Source: Octopus sinensis
Lineage: Eukaryota
Reading direction: 5' to 3'
Assembly: GCF_006345805.1 (NCBI RefSeq)
Contig: NC_043005.1
Coordinates: 41,664,001-41,728,000, forward strand
DNA length: 64,000 nt
Numbering within the stretch: position 1 is the first letter of the stretch; every line of letters starts with the position of its first letter. The notes below the pieces were generated by a model that was not told where the DNA came from, ran no database searches, and saw only the letters and a program-made list of their open reading frames with translations. Below, piece by piece: positions 1 to 13,950 of this stretch. A program made the position numbers and the translations under genes.

Positions 1-100
1 TAATAATCATAGCAGTAGTAGTAGTGGAGGTAGTAGTAGAAGTAGTAGTAATAGTAGTAGTAATAGTGGTAGTTGCAGGAGCAGCAGGAGCAGCAGTAGC

Positions 101-141
<41 letters not shown>

Positions 142-154
142 CAGGAGCAGCAGG

Positions 155-195
<41 letters not shown>

Positions 196-221
196 TAGTA
201 TAGTAGTAGTAGTAGTAGTAG
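1..221. repeat. Compound (TAG)n/(CAG)n trinucleotide microsatellite
   Basis: Runs of agtagtagt and agcagcagc directly visible. Confidence 0.95.
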
Positions 222-1049
222 GGATAACTATAATCCTATATGATTGATATAAATTTAATTTTGTTGACTAAAGTTAGATCAGGTGACTACTGAGTTTCTC
301 TACATAAATATATGTAGTTTGACTTAGACCCCTGCATTTAAATAATTCTTTAAAGGAATTTTTTGATCTCGATTTAGTTCAAGAACTTAAAGCGTCAGAA
401 TGAGGGCTTTTATATATATGATGCTGAACTTTCCACAAAGCTCCACTTAATAATGTGCAGTATATCGCTGTCGTTTAGCTTCCAGATATGGCTTGAAAGC
501 TTTGTGGCGTTCTTTTTGTGTACGCGCCTGAGAGAAGATTGATGGTTGGAACGTCTCATTTTAAAGACATGTTCGCACAGATCAGTGTATTTTTTTCTTT
601 CGGTCCCTTTATCTTTTGGAAAATGATCTAACCCACCTAGCTAGGTCAAGTGGGCGAGATTCCTATTTAGAATCCTGAAGTTGTAACTACGCGATTTGAC
701 CGTCTCTCGCAACCGTAATTGTGCACTGAAGATTTACAAGCTCACTATTGACACTTACATTACTGTCATTCTCTGCTGTACACACTCATAATTAACAATA
801 TTCTGTTTTTTGTTTTGTTTTATATTGTGCATTTTGTTACACAAATCACACTGATTAAAGGGATGTAATTTAGCTTTCAAGAACAGAAATAATCCACTTC
901 TTAGAATACTTCGTTTTCTTTTTCAACGTCACTCCTACTAAGCAGCTATGAGGCATCAGTCTCAATGATTGCCGAATCGTACATGCATGGACATGCAGCT
1001 AAATATTGTACTTTTCGAGTATGAAGCTTAAAGTAGCTCTCCCATAACT

Positions 1050-1115
<66 letters not shown>

Positions 1116-1489
1116 ATACATGTGTGAAAAGTTGAATTAAATTTCGTCCTTTAATTTGGAGGAGTCCCCAAGAAGATTTCTAATACAGTTTCTTCATATT
1201 TTGCTGGTAGCTTACTCGCGTGAGTATGCGAATATGAAAATAATACTTGTATATGGTATGTTGTGAATCTATGGAAAGGAATCCCATAAACCTCAACAAG
1301 TTTGTTAAAAATTGAGAAGAGAAAATATTGAAATGTAAGAGAATTTTAATTCATGCAGACGATCGTTTCGAACAGCGATATAAAAAACATGCAAATTCAT
1401 GGTTGAATAGAAATAATTAAGTTGATTAATTAAATTTAATTATATGTATATAATTTAATTATATGTATATAATTATATGTATATAACGC

Positions 1490-1829
1490 GTGAAGGGGCG
1501 TGGCTCAGTGGTTAGAGCGTCGAGCTTACGATCGTGAGGTTGTGAGCTCGAATCCCGGTCCGGGCTGCGTGTTGTGTTCTTGAGCAAAGCACTTTATTTT
1601 CACGTTGCTCCAGTTCACTCAGCTGTAGAAATGAGTTGCGACGTCACAGGTGCCAAGCTGTATCGACCTTTGTCTTTCCCTTGGATAACATCGGTGGCGT
1701 GGAGAGGGGAGGCTTGTATGCATGGGCGACTGCTGGTCTTCCATAAACAACCTTGCCCGGACTTGTGTCTAGGAGGGTAACTTTCTAGGTGCAATCCCAT
1801 GGTCATTCATGACCGAAGGGGGTCTTTAC

Positions 1830-1832
<3 letters not shown>
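1490..1832 (+). mobile_element. tRNA-derived SINE, family A
   Basis: A-box TGGCTCAGTGG, B-box-like GAGCTCGAATCCC, central GTGTTCTTGAGCAAAGCACTTT block; near-identical copy at 21431-21766; ends in (TA)n. Confidence 0.9.
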
Positions 1833-1863
<31 letters not shown>

Positions 1864-1869
<6 letters not shown>

Positions 1870-2104
1870 ATGAGATTACAAAATATATATAAATATATAT
1901 ATAAGTGAGATGACAAAGACAAGCAATTATCTTATGAACTTCATTAGCTTACAGTGCCCGAGTGAAACCTTATAACTTCATCCAGGATGAAGCTATAAGG
2001 TTCGGGCACTTAACTATGAGTCTACACTGCATCTTATAGTAGAAAAGCGTAAGCTTGCGAAATTCCTAAGACAATTGCTTATTCTTTTGTCATCTCATTT
2101 TCAT
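1864..2104. repeat. Nested inverted-repeat element next to (TA)n, probable PLE-terminus derivative
   Basis: 1864-1883 and 1905-1934 are reverse complements of 2067-2104; inner hairpin 1953-2010. Confidence 0.65.
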
Positions 2105-2212
2105 TTTACCGCTCTGTACTCGACTAACACTTTGTTCGGAAGCATATGTATTTTGAGTTCAATACCAGTTTAATAGTATTGCAATGCCTAAGCGAAATAC
2201 AGAAACACACAC

Positions 2213-2263
<51 letters not shown>

Positions 2264-3115
2264 AACACACACAAACATACACACACATGCACACACACAT
2301 ATAACATGTGTATAAATAAATGTGCGTGTATCTGTGTATTTGTATGTATATACACATAAAACTTTTACCGTTTACTTATCAACATGTTTAATAACCTCTT
2401 CCTGTCATTTTGATATATAGTCATTCTTATAAGTTTCTATAAGCGCCAGTCGCGACTATGGAATTTTACAGTAAACGGCTTAAGTAAATACAAGACAGAC
2501 TTGGAATGTAGCTCTTATAGTTTAGTACATTTCCACTTGTATGCACGAATATGTGTGTGTATGTATGTGTGTGTCTGTGTGAGTGAGTCTCTGTGTGCCA
2601 TTCTGCATGTTTGAGTATGAGTGGGCTTTGAAGTTATATCCAGATTTCTCTTTCTATTTCGTTCTATTTCTAGATTCTCTTTTTTCCCAAACTACCAACT
2701 GGTTTGTTTGTATTCTTGTAGCTGTGATAATTATGTTGGTGGTTGTGGTGGTATTATTGATATTAATGGGGCTAGAGTTTCCGTGCAGTATGTACCACCG
2801 ATGAGAGATATGTGAATGGTAAAAATAATTACTTTGCCACAGTGGTCGTTTCCTCACAGATGTCTACACAACCTGTGTTACGGCTGTCAAAATCGACGTG
2901 ACCACCATTATTATTTGTTTTTTGTTAGAAATGGAAATGCATTTGACAATCGACATTTTTACACTTTATTATAGTTCTACAAAATAGGTAATATACTTAT
3001 AGATGTTGTTACCATAATGCATGTAAGTACTAGTAAGTTATGAATGCATGTTCAAAATCCATTTATGTTGAAATTTTTAAAGACAAGCATATTTTCCTTC
3101 ACATAATTTTCTAAC

Positions 3116-3116
<1 letters not shown>

Positions 3117-3208
<92 letters not shown>

Positions 3209-3242
3209 CTATCCAACTATCCATCTATCTATCCAACTATCC

Positions 3243-3331
<89 letters not shown>

Positions 3332-3332
3332 C
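3117..3332. repeat. (TCTA)n microsatellite
   Basis: Directly visible. Confidence 0.95.
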
Positions 3333-3670
3333 ACCTTATCTGCTTTCCCCTTTACACTATACACCATGACACTGTGATACACGATCCCTATTGATCGTTT
3401 TCTTTTTCTCTTCCCCTTTTTTTCCTCTTTTTTCTTCTTTTTTCATTTTTCTTTTCCTTTGTTCCTTTTCCCTTTTTTCTTTTTTTCTTTTCCTTTTTTT
3501 TTGTTCTTTTTTCTCTTTTACGATCCCTTTTGATCGAAAACCTACGCCACCCTTAAAAAAATTTTTTTTCATTCTTTTGTTTTTTGTTGTTTTTTTTCAT
3601 CCCCCAAAAGAAAAGCTCAACCTTGTAACTTGTCCCATCTGTGTGCAGCCCTGTGTGGCCAATAAAGAAA
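3333..3670 (+). mobile_element. Tx1/L1-clade LINE 3' UTR fragment
   Basis: Ends TGTGTGCAGCCCTGTGTGGCCAATAAAGAAA, identical to the end of 3774-4912; followed by (CTAT)n. Confidence 0.8.
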
Positions 3671-3689
3671 CTTATCTATCCAATTATCC

Positions 3690-3773
<84 letters not shown>

Positions 3774-3774
<1 letters not shown>

Positions 3775-4912
3775 GCTGCTTCCCGCAGCTCATCTCCATG
3801 ACCGAACTGCAGTCGTGGATCAAAAAGAGGCAGAGGAAGAGTAAATGGCACCGCGAGTGTCGCGTTGCTCTCAAGCAACTATACCGCTCCGGGTTGACCT
3901 TGAGTGACTCCAACACAACCAAAGCATTCTAAAGAGGATTTGTGGAGGGGAGGTACGACGACGATCTTGGGGCGAACCTGGGCGTTGACGAGGAATACCT
4001 GACCCGCCTTTTTGAGACGACTTTCGGGCCGGGACCTATGGACAACATCCAGAGATCCCTGGCCTGGCAGTGCTACCGAGAAGCGCTTCCCGTTCGGGAT
4101 AAGCTCTATAGGCATAGTTCGAGAAGCACGAGGCCGACCTGCCCGAGATGCGGTCAGAGCGACGAAACCGTTCTGCACGCAATCGTGCAGTGTCCAACAA
4201 TCTCCGACCTATGGACTTATGTCGAATGACTGCTATCACGTGTGGGACGCGTCGGTTTATCAGCCGAGTCTATCGTTAATATCGTCACGGCTCCTTCCTT
4301 CAAACGGAAGGAAGAGCTATTTTTATCATACTTGTGGCTATGGCGAAAGAATGTATCTGGTGGACGTGCCTGAAAAGATTAGAGACAAACACTTTCCTCT
4401 CTGGTCAATCTCTCATCAACTTCTTCAAGTATCACTTGAAAAGGAAAGTGAGAGTAGAGAGGCGAGTTTTGTCTAGTGAATGTTTTAAAAAAGATGGGTG
4501 AATGTAGCAAGGATGGCACGCATGAATGACGAAGCCACCTTGAGTATGATCCTATGGACGGTAAAAATTTAATACAGAGAGTTACTTATTTGTAAAAAAA
4601 GATGTAACATGTGACTTCATTGACCGAGGTTACCGTGGTCTTTTCCGTAGGCTTTTCTTTCCACGGGTAAACCTCACCTGTCTTTCCCTTTACACTTTAT
4701 ATAGACATTTCTGTAATAACGATCCGTATTGATAATTTTTTTCTTTTTCCTTTTATTTTTATCTCCCCCTTTTTTATCTTTTGCTTTCCTCTTTCTTTCC
4801 TTTTACGATCCTTTTTGATCGAAAACCAACCCCCCTTTTTTATCCCCAAAAGAAAAGTTCTACCTTTTAATTTGTCCCGTCTGTGTGCAGCCCTGTGTGG
4901 CCAATAAAGAAA
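3774..4912 (+). mobile_element. 5'-truncated Tx1/L1-clade LINE: ORF2 C-terminal zinc-finger region plus 3' UTR
   Basis: ORF 3942-4229 has ALPVRDKL...TCPRCGQSDETVLHAIVQC...LW (zf-RVT-type CCHC motif of L1/Tx1 ORF2); stop then continued homology; flanked both sides by (CTAT)n. Confidence 0.85.
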
Positions 4913-4923
4913 CATATCTATCA

Positions 4924-4998
<75 letters not shown>

Positions 4999-7264
4999 AT
5001 TCTGTCTATCTGTCTGTCTGTCTATGTATGTATGTATATATGCATGAATGTGTGTATGTATGTATGAGTGTTCTGAGTGAGGCAGTAAAAATCAGAGAGG
5101 AGAAAATGTAAATATGATAACATAATCTCATAGTTTCCCCTTGCTATTAATTTACTAGAGCCATTTTATGCCAGAATATTGCTGGTATTCAAGAAATTTT
5201 TTTTTACCAAACTAGACGTTACCGAGAGGCTACACTTAATTTGAACTCAGAATCGTAAGTCACAAAGTACTTTAAAATATGCAATTCTGTGTTTTACTTC
5301 AACACCACATTTGTTTAAATAAAAAAAAGAAGAAACTGAAATAAAACATAAAAAGAACCTGATAAATGGAAAAGGAATGTTTTTTTGTAAAAGAAAAAAA
5401 ACAACAAAAAAACAGCAAAGACTTAAAAACAAACCACTACCAGGGAAAGTAGGAGACAAAGAAGTGATGTGTGCTGAAAACAGGAGAGAAAAGTAGGAAA
5501 TACTGAGGGAAGAAGACAGAGAATTGAGGCGAGAAAGTAGTAAAAGAGGATATGAGAGAAAATGGGAAAGAAATACAAAATATTCGCTAATTGAATTAGT
5601 TTATACTTTTGCTGGCATAACAATTTAAAAACTAAAATATAAATATAACAAAATGTCTGGAAGTAAGTTTTCACTAATAATCTGTAATTAGCAACAAAGC
5701 TAGCAGTCTAATTAGTAGCATACATAACATATTGAATAAACACACGTCTATGGATCACTAATTAGTGACTATCAAATAACTGGCAAGCGACAGTGGCGGC
5801 AATCGGCTGTGTCCATGGCCAATGAATGGCGACAGACTAAGTATCTTAACAACCAAGTTGAGATGCAATAAGTGGAATCTATAACATGTACACCAAAACA
5901 ATATATTTGCTTAAAGGAGGAAAACGAAATGAAAAATGAATATTTAATATAGCTTTGAAACAGAATATATTTTTCACTAATTAAAGGTAAAAGTCATACG
6001 CTTAAAAATATGGTTGGTGAAACAGAAAGATACTTGCGTTTTTTAGGAAAGGAAAATAAAGTCTTCAACACTAAAACCTTCTGAAAAGTTCTACGTATAA
6101 CAATCTAATAGCGACTTTATTAAAGAAGTAATATGTATTCCATGTTCAAATGACATGCACATATTTTGGTGTTAGTTTGATTTAGAGTTTCTCGTACACA
6201 AACGCTGGAAGGATACTGTCGAGTTGTTTATTCTATCAACAATTATAATTGATATGTCACACGACACAACGACACACGACACAATTCTAAATTAAAAAGG
6301 GGTAAGTTTATTCCGATAAAACTGCAGTTATAAGAAAGGTATTTAGGTTATATGAGTACTGGGTTTTAACAATATAAATAATGTTTCTTTAAAACGATCA
6401 GCGGAAGTTGATTTTCTTGGGGTTTAGTTATTGTTGACCGTTACCGAATCGCACTCTATTCGAAATATAACGTTAGCCTTTTCCAATTCCTTCATACTTA
6501 GGTCAGGTAAATTATCTTTGGGAAGGTTTTATTTTAGTTCAGTAGAAATATTTGGACTGTATGATGGAATTTTTAAAATGGTATCTTTCGATTCGCTCTT
6601 CCCTCTTACGTTATTAGGTATTTTGTTACAAGGTAATTTTGCATTTTGATACCACAGTACGACTAACAGATAGACAAGGTTTACACCTATTTAACATTAA
6701 AATATTTGGAACCAAATAGATTAGATACGATCCCTGGAATGAAGCGACGGTTTTATCGTCGCAATCATTATTGCTGATTTACGTTTACACGATGTTTTTC
6801 CGAATGGGTGTAATGCTATTGAGTAGGTTCTAAAGATAAGGATTGAATTTCATATTCTAATTTTCTCACCATGATCAATGAAAAAATTAAATTTGCGTGC
6901 TTTTTGATATCATAGAATCGAAGTAGCATGATTACAGGACCTTATTTGGGCTACCATAAGATATCACAGAAATTTGCTTTACTTTGCATGTTTCTCGGAG
7001 AATTAAAAATGTGGGTGATTTCAGACCTAACTTCACTGGCACCCAACATATTGAGAAAGAAGGCTTGAAATTACATGTTTTGTTCCTAAGCAACTCTCTT
7101 AAATTTGAGCTCTTAGACTCCAACTTCCTTGATAGTGAGTCTAAATGTGTTTACTTATTTCTGTTTAATTGATATAGGTAAGGCAAGAGACCAAAGTTTA
7201 TAGATCAGTCCCTTTTCTTATTAACTTTTTATAGTTGGATTGAAACAGCAGATTTCATAAATTA

Positions 7265-8650
7265 ATATTTTAAGTTTCTAGGTCTTCAGTATATCATCAT
7301 CAAGAATTGAATTGAATATATTTGGCGTTTGTGTTGTTTCTTATACTCGTGACTAAATTCGTGTAGACTCCACCGCCAAAGGATTTTTGACCCTTAGCAT
7401 TATGTCTCAGCACACACGTGTTTAGTTGTTTGTACCAAATTTTTACTGGTAGAACTTATTTATGTTTTTATGCAAATAGCCTCGTGTTAACTTGTTGATG
7501 TGTATGTTTGTGTGTTAATTTTGGTATTGTATTGCAACATGATTAGGGTTTCCATAATTAACCTTCCGGTTTGTGTGAACTTCGTTAACTATGTACGTAT
7601 TTCTCTCAAGTACTTTCCTAATTTCGTTTTGTGCTGTGTGCTATAATGCTGTGAAATAGCTTCATGTTGCAAGTGCATGGTGCGCCTACATGAGAGTGTC
7701 ATATTGGTCTGTCCAACGCAATAGTGTCCTGAAGTCTGTCCAACGCAATTTAAAGACTCCGCCGGTTACGACGACGAGGGTCCCAGCTGATACGATCAAC
7801 GGAACAGCTTGCTCGTGAAATTAACGTGCAAATGGCTGAGCATTCCACAGACACGTGTACCCTTAACGTAGTTCTCGGGGATAATCAGCGTGACACAGAG
7901 AGTGACAAGGCTGACCCTTTGAAATACAGGTACAACTCATTTTTGCCAGCTGAGTGGACTGGAGCAACGTGAAATAAAGTGTCTTGCTCAAGGGCACAAC
8001 GCGTCGCCGGGAATCGAACTCACAACCTTACGATCATGAGCCGAATGCCCTAACCACTAAGCCACGCGCCCTCACATCCAACGCAATAGTGTCCTGAGGT
8101 CTGCAACATTACAGTCAAATTGATAGACCACATTGGTTATATGCAGTTTGTTCTTGGGCTCACATATTCCTGGAGTTTTGATAATAAGAGGGGTTTTGGT
8201 TCTGGTTTTTGTATTTTATTATTAGTTTAAGTTTATGGTCAGGTGTGCTGTATTTTCTGGTTTGCTTTACAAATTTCTTTTCATTATATGTTCACCTGTA
8301 GATTTTATGCATTTGATTCTTGTCATAGTTTTAATATTTGATTTGTGTACTACTATTAAGTGTATTCTGAAACATATTTGTTATATTGTATTTGTGTCTG
8401 TATTCGTTTATAGCTTGGTCTACTAGTTTTTTAGAATATATGTTGTTAATGTTTAGTTAATTCTCTGTATTTCTGTCTCTAGGGTTTTTGAACGAGGATA
8501 TAAATGTTCTCCTGAGGAGTGATTTTACCACAGACATCTTTTAGTTGTGTGGATATTTACTCTTTCCTTTAGGTGTATGTATTTGTTTGATTCTTAGGTG
8601 TTTGTTGACGTAATGTGTCTTTATCTTTCTTTGTCTAACAACAACCACAT
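7265..8650 (-). mobile_element. Decayed Penelope-like element (RT thumb + GIY-YIG), interrupted by a SINE
   Basis: Minus-strand translation: KYPHN*KMSVVKSLLRRTF...LVDQAINEY; TNVVYQFDC ... VGQTNMTLSCRRTMHLQH ... LIMETLIMLQYNTKINTQ, with stops and frameshifts. Confidence 0.75.
7750..8076 (-). mobile_element. tRNA-derived SINE, family B (head and core shared with family A, different 3' body)
   Basis: Reverse complement reads TGGCTTAGTGGTTAG ... GAGTTCGATTCCC ... CCCTTGAGCAAGACACTTTATTTCACGTTGCTCCAG; flanked by TCCAACGCAAT repeats. Confidence 0.9.
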
Positions 8651-8788
8651 AAACATCAGCAATAATGTAAATACAAAGACATTATACATCCTAAATCAGA
8701 ACTGAAATACGTTTAAATACAATACTTCCCTGTGGGTTGAATAAAAATGTAAAAACATTCTTTCTATACTACTGATATGTATGTGTAT

Positions 8789-8854
<66 letters not shown>

Positions 8855-9895
8855 GTGTGTGTATGTGAGTGTGCGTGTGTGTGTGTGTGTGTGTGTGTAA
8901 TGAGAGAGCCTCTTGTCAGACTGTTTTCTGGTTTGTTGACTGCATCTCAAAGAAGACTTAACCAGCTTCCTTCCTCAATCAATAATAAAGAGTAAAGAAT
9001 TAGACATGCACTTTGGTGGTAAGCCTAATTTTCCTAGTTGTAATTTTGATGACTGATTGTTAAAGTAAATAACATACATTTAAGCAGAGTAAATCAGAGG
9101 AACTGAAATGCATTTCAGTATTATAACTCCTTGCAATGGTTTAAGTAAGATTGTAAACACATTTACTTTATAAACTATTGATGAGAAGGGAGAAAAAAAA
9201 ACGAGAGAAAGAGAGAAGTCTTGGCTGGTTTCCTTCTCCATTTAATAACACAGAACAGCTGCTTATAAGGCAGTCAGTTATTAGGCGAGTACCGTGGGTG
9301 ATTGCTTAATTTACGTATCTGTTCTTATGTCCGCTCGTCAGTAATTATACAATATCTGCTTACGCACTCTTTCTGCTTATTTGTCTGCTGTTCTGTCCAT
9401 CCACTAATCCATATAACTATAGATCTATATGCACGTCTAATTACCTATCTGTTCTCATGCTTATCTATCTTTCTACATTCATATTCATCTACTTATTTAT
9501 CTATCTACTTATTCATCCTCATACATGTCTATCTGTAAATGCATCTGTTCTTTCACTTTTATTCGATTATATTCAGTTTTTTAAAATTCTGATTTATAAT
9601 TTAGGTTATTCTATTTCTTTCTTTAAATTTTTGCCTTTATTTTTACACTAAAAAAAAATATAAGATTATATATAATTGTAATACTTGATTTATTTATAAA
9701 CGTGTGTGCGTATATGTCTATATATGTATATGAATGTATGTGTATATATGATTATTTTTACGCGTATGTACGAGTGTGCACTTATATGTATATGAATATA
9801 TACATATATATATATGTATTTATATATATATATATTTATATGTATAAGTATATATATATACATGTGTGTGTGTGTATGTGTGTATGTGTGTATGT

Positions 9896-9971
<76 letters not shown>

Positions 9972-10065
9972 ATGTATGTATTCAGTATACCGTTTCGATT
10001 GGCTGCAAGTACGCTTCTATTTCTCCCCTTTTCCGTATCCATTCTTTCCCCTTCTTCTCTATCCA

Positions 10066-10105
10066 GTCTTTCACAGAAAGAGTGAAAACTCGAAACGTAA
10101 AAGAC
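10066..10105 (+). ncRNA. Degenerate minimal hammerhead-like motif in a short microsatellite-flanked repeat
   Basis: GTCTTT / AAAGAC stem I, GAGT-GAAA-ACTC stem II, GAAA-C-GT-A with palindromic ACGT; the CUGANGA box is replaced by CACAGAAA. Confidence 0.4.
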
Positions 10106-10251
10106 ATTTCCCTCTTTTTTTTTCTTCTATTTCCTAAACCTGAACCTAATACACAATGGTTTTTTCTTAAACTCGTCTTTACTTTCTATTTTTGCATTCT
10201 CTCTCTCTATACACACATACAGGCACACATACATATACATAAATATACGTA

Positions 10252-10292
<41 letters not shown>

Positions 10293-10925
10293 GTATGTAT
10301 GTATATATGTATACATACACAGACATGCAGACATGCATACATACACAGACATGCAGGCATGCATACATACACGCATACATGCATACATACATGCATACAT
10401 ACATGTATATATACATACATACACACATACACACATACACACACACACACATATATATATACACATACATATGTGTGTATATGCATAAAAGATGAATAAG
10501 GTAATACATAAAATAGATCAAACGAAATGCATTAAAATATATACTAATACGCACATTTTAGCATGTATGTCATGATTTCTTGTTATGCCAAGTCGTTTGA
10601 ATTATGTACCCTCCAAACGTTGCTATTTTGATAACTGAATACACTTATAAAATGATCCCCGGAAATACATATCAAGGTATGTTGGAAAATATATATGGGT
10701 ACACATAAATACGAATAATAAGTAAATGTTTGTCGTTAGATATTTGCTTATCGATGCATCAATTGAATTAAACATTAAACTATCAGTGTGTTTGTCTCCT
10801 CTATCTACATTCTGTCTGTCCTCACGTAATAGACTATCTGTCAATAGGTAGATCTATCTAAATATCTACCCCTACACTCATACATACACACACACACAAA
10901 CACACACACACATATATATATATAT

Positions 10926-11799
<874 letters not shown>

Positions 11800-12420
11800 T
11801 ATACCTATCTGCCTACCTGTCTATTTATCTATCCCCATAGTCATCTATCTTTCTGTCTTCATACGTATCGTTTTATCGATATCTACTTACCTTTCTATAC
11901 TATCGCTAAATACCTCTAAACACACATCTGTCTCAATGTATGCTCATTTGCACCTAGAAAAATATCACTTCTTAATTCTAAATTTCTTGTGTGTATTGAT
12001 TACATACTCATAATTCTAAAAACGTTCTTGCATGTTTGAGCCTTCTCAGTTTGTACCTTCTCTGAGGCCAGAAAAGAAAAAAATGTGTCCATCAACTGAA
12101 TTGAGAAAAGAAATTGCTACTCTAGTCGGTGTCTCTCACCGAGGAGACACAATCACGTCGAAACAACGGATGTCTATATGTTGTCAACACATAGATCGTC
12201 TAAAGTGTGAAATGATCCTCCAAACGCGAAATCTAACGGTGGAAAGCACATTCATGTTGTAGTCCACCGGAATCTGTGAAGAATGTGTATAATATAATTT
12301 TGTTTTCCAGACTTTTATTTGCTAGCTTAATAGGCCTTAGCAGCAACCAACAAATATACTGCTGGCTGAATTGTTTTATGCCACATTTGAACTATTGCAT
12401 TCCCAAGTCGATACTGGACA

Positions 12421-12487
12421 AGGCTGTGAATAAGAAGATTAGATTGCAACCACGTACGTTCGAATTCAGTCCCACTGTGAAACACCT
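12421..12487 (+). mobile_element. Decayed SINE family C head
   Basis: TAAGAAG...CAACCAC...TTCAGTCCCACTG...CACCT resembles 19390-19450. Confidence 0.5.
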
Positions 12488-12499
12488 ATATATATATAT

Positions 12500-12721
12500 G
12501 CATGGGGTGGATACAGATGTCTTTAAAATGGAGCTGGATCTCTTCCTGTCAGGTGTCCCAGATGAACCAACTTCACGGCAGGAGGGGCAGATGAGGGCAG
12601 CTGCATCGAACTCTCTCATGCACCAAATAGCAGTTGCTAGAAAGCCTCCATGAAGTGAAACCAAGTAGCAACACCAAATGGCGGTGCCCCAGCATGGCCA
12701 CAGCTCATAAGCTGAAACTAG

Positions 12722-12761
<40 letters not shown>
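12500..12761 (+). mobile_element. CR1-clade LINE 3' fragment (related to family 1) with (AATC)n tail
   Basis: HGVDTDVFKMELDLFLSGVPDEPTSRQEGQMRAAASNSL matches the ORF2 C-terminus at 40677-40850; 3' UTR GGCGGTGCCCCAGCATGGCC. Confidence 0.9.
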
Positions 12762-12805
<44 letters not shown>

Positions 12806-12889
12806 TGTGTGTGTGTATGTGTGTGCGTGCGCATGTGTGTGTGCGCGTGTGTGTGTATGTGTGTTTGTGTGCGTCTGTGTGTATGTATG

Positions 12890-12929
<40 letters not shown>

Positions 12930-12933
12930 CATA

Positions 12934-13149
12934 CAAGGAGATTCTGAAAAGTTCCTGGCTTTAAGGGTATCACGAAATGCATGGCTGGAGGCCCAACCTT
13001 CCGAGTCCTTTTACAGGGCTTAGAAAACTGAAGCACAGCTGCAATAAGTGTGTCTATCTGAGAGGAGAATATGATGAATAAAATCATAATTAACTGATAC
13101 TCCTATCTTTTCTTTTATCCAAAGCGGGGCTCTTTCAAGCTCCCCCTAG
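12934..13149 (+). mobile_element. Internally deleted mariner element (MITE-like)
   Basis: TA-CAAGGAGATTCTGAAAAGTTCCTGGCTTT left end with a decayed complementary right end; retains transposase C-terminus GLRKLKHSCNKCVYLRGEYDE*. Confidence 0.7.
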
Positions 13150-13179
13150 TGTGTGTATGTCTGTGTGTGTGTGTGTGTA

Positions 13180-13950
13180 TTTATAGTCATAATCAGGATA
13201 TTCAAACCTCTTATAGGGATATTTATCCAAGATACACTGTTTTAATATATTAAATTTTAAAGAGAAAATCATATCAATGCATATATTATATAGAATAATG
13301 TAAGATATCAGTTAAAATTGTTTTCCAAAAATATTCCATCAAAGTGGCCAGCATATTAAAATACCTTTAAAGGTGAAAATTATAAACAATTACAAACAAG
13401 GGCAAAATACAAAAAGATTTCTACACCAATATGCCGAGAATAGACTTTGCCTGTCCGAGTGGTAACTTCATTTTCTTCCTATTTTATAAGAGCTCCTTTT
13501 AGCTAGTATTGGATGTTAAATTTCCCTAATCCATCGTTTCTCAGACTCATAAACCTGATGAGGTATTCGCATGATGTATGTTGTTGCTTCATAACCAGTG
13601 ATTTTTCGCTGGAATTTTTTTTTATTCTTATCGTTATACCTAATCAGACAGTGAGCTTTTTACTCTTTGTCATTCGTATGTGATTGTCTTTATATTTATT
13701 TTAGCAGAGTCTTGCTTACACGAATAATCCATTGTTTTCGTAGATAGTTTACTGAATTTGGCAGTTCAGGTTTCGACTTTGTAATAAATACAGTAATGTT
13801 TTTCTTTCATATAATAATTTAATCAGTGGGTGAGTTTTAGTAATAGCGATAATGGCAGTGATTCTGACATCGCCAAGTTATATTTCACTTAAGCAGTTTG
13901 CAAAACATATGAATCGTGTATGTTTATTATTTTAGCATGTATATAAATCT
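13180..13950 (-). mobile_element. Decayed PLE 3' part (GIY-YIG remnant plus terminal repeat)
   Basis: Heavily stop-ridden NLNCQIQ*TIYE... and MRIPHQVYESEKRWI-like translations; downstream sequence homologous to the 10994-11297 fold-back. Confidence 0.45.

Noticed and set aside
1250-1290. WYVVNLWKGIP resembling the CR1/L2 C-terminal VVNxWNxLP motif
   Set aside because: Single short motif with no flanking LINE homology.
1490-1570. tRNA-like sequence (also at 8000-8076, 19372-19440, 21431-21510)
   Set aside because: A/B boxes continue into repeated SINE bodies and no full cloverleaf is evident, so these are SINE heads, not tRNA genes.
7274-7305. CTGAAGA-CCTA-GAAAC on the minus strand at the PLE 3' end
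   Set aside because: Stem II and stem III cannot form; at most a decayed remnant.
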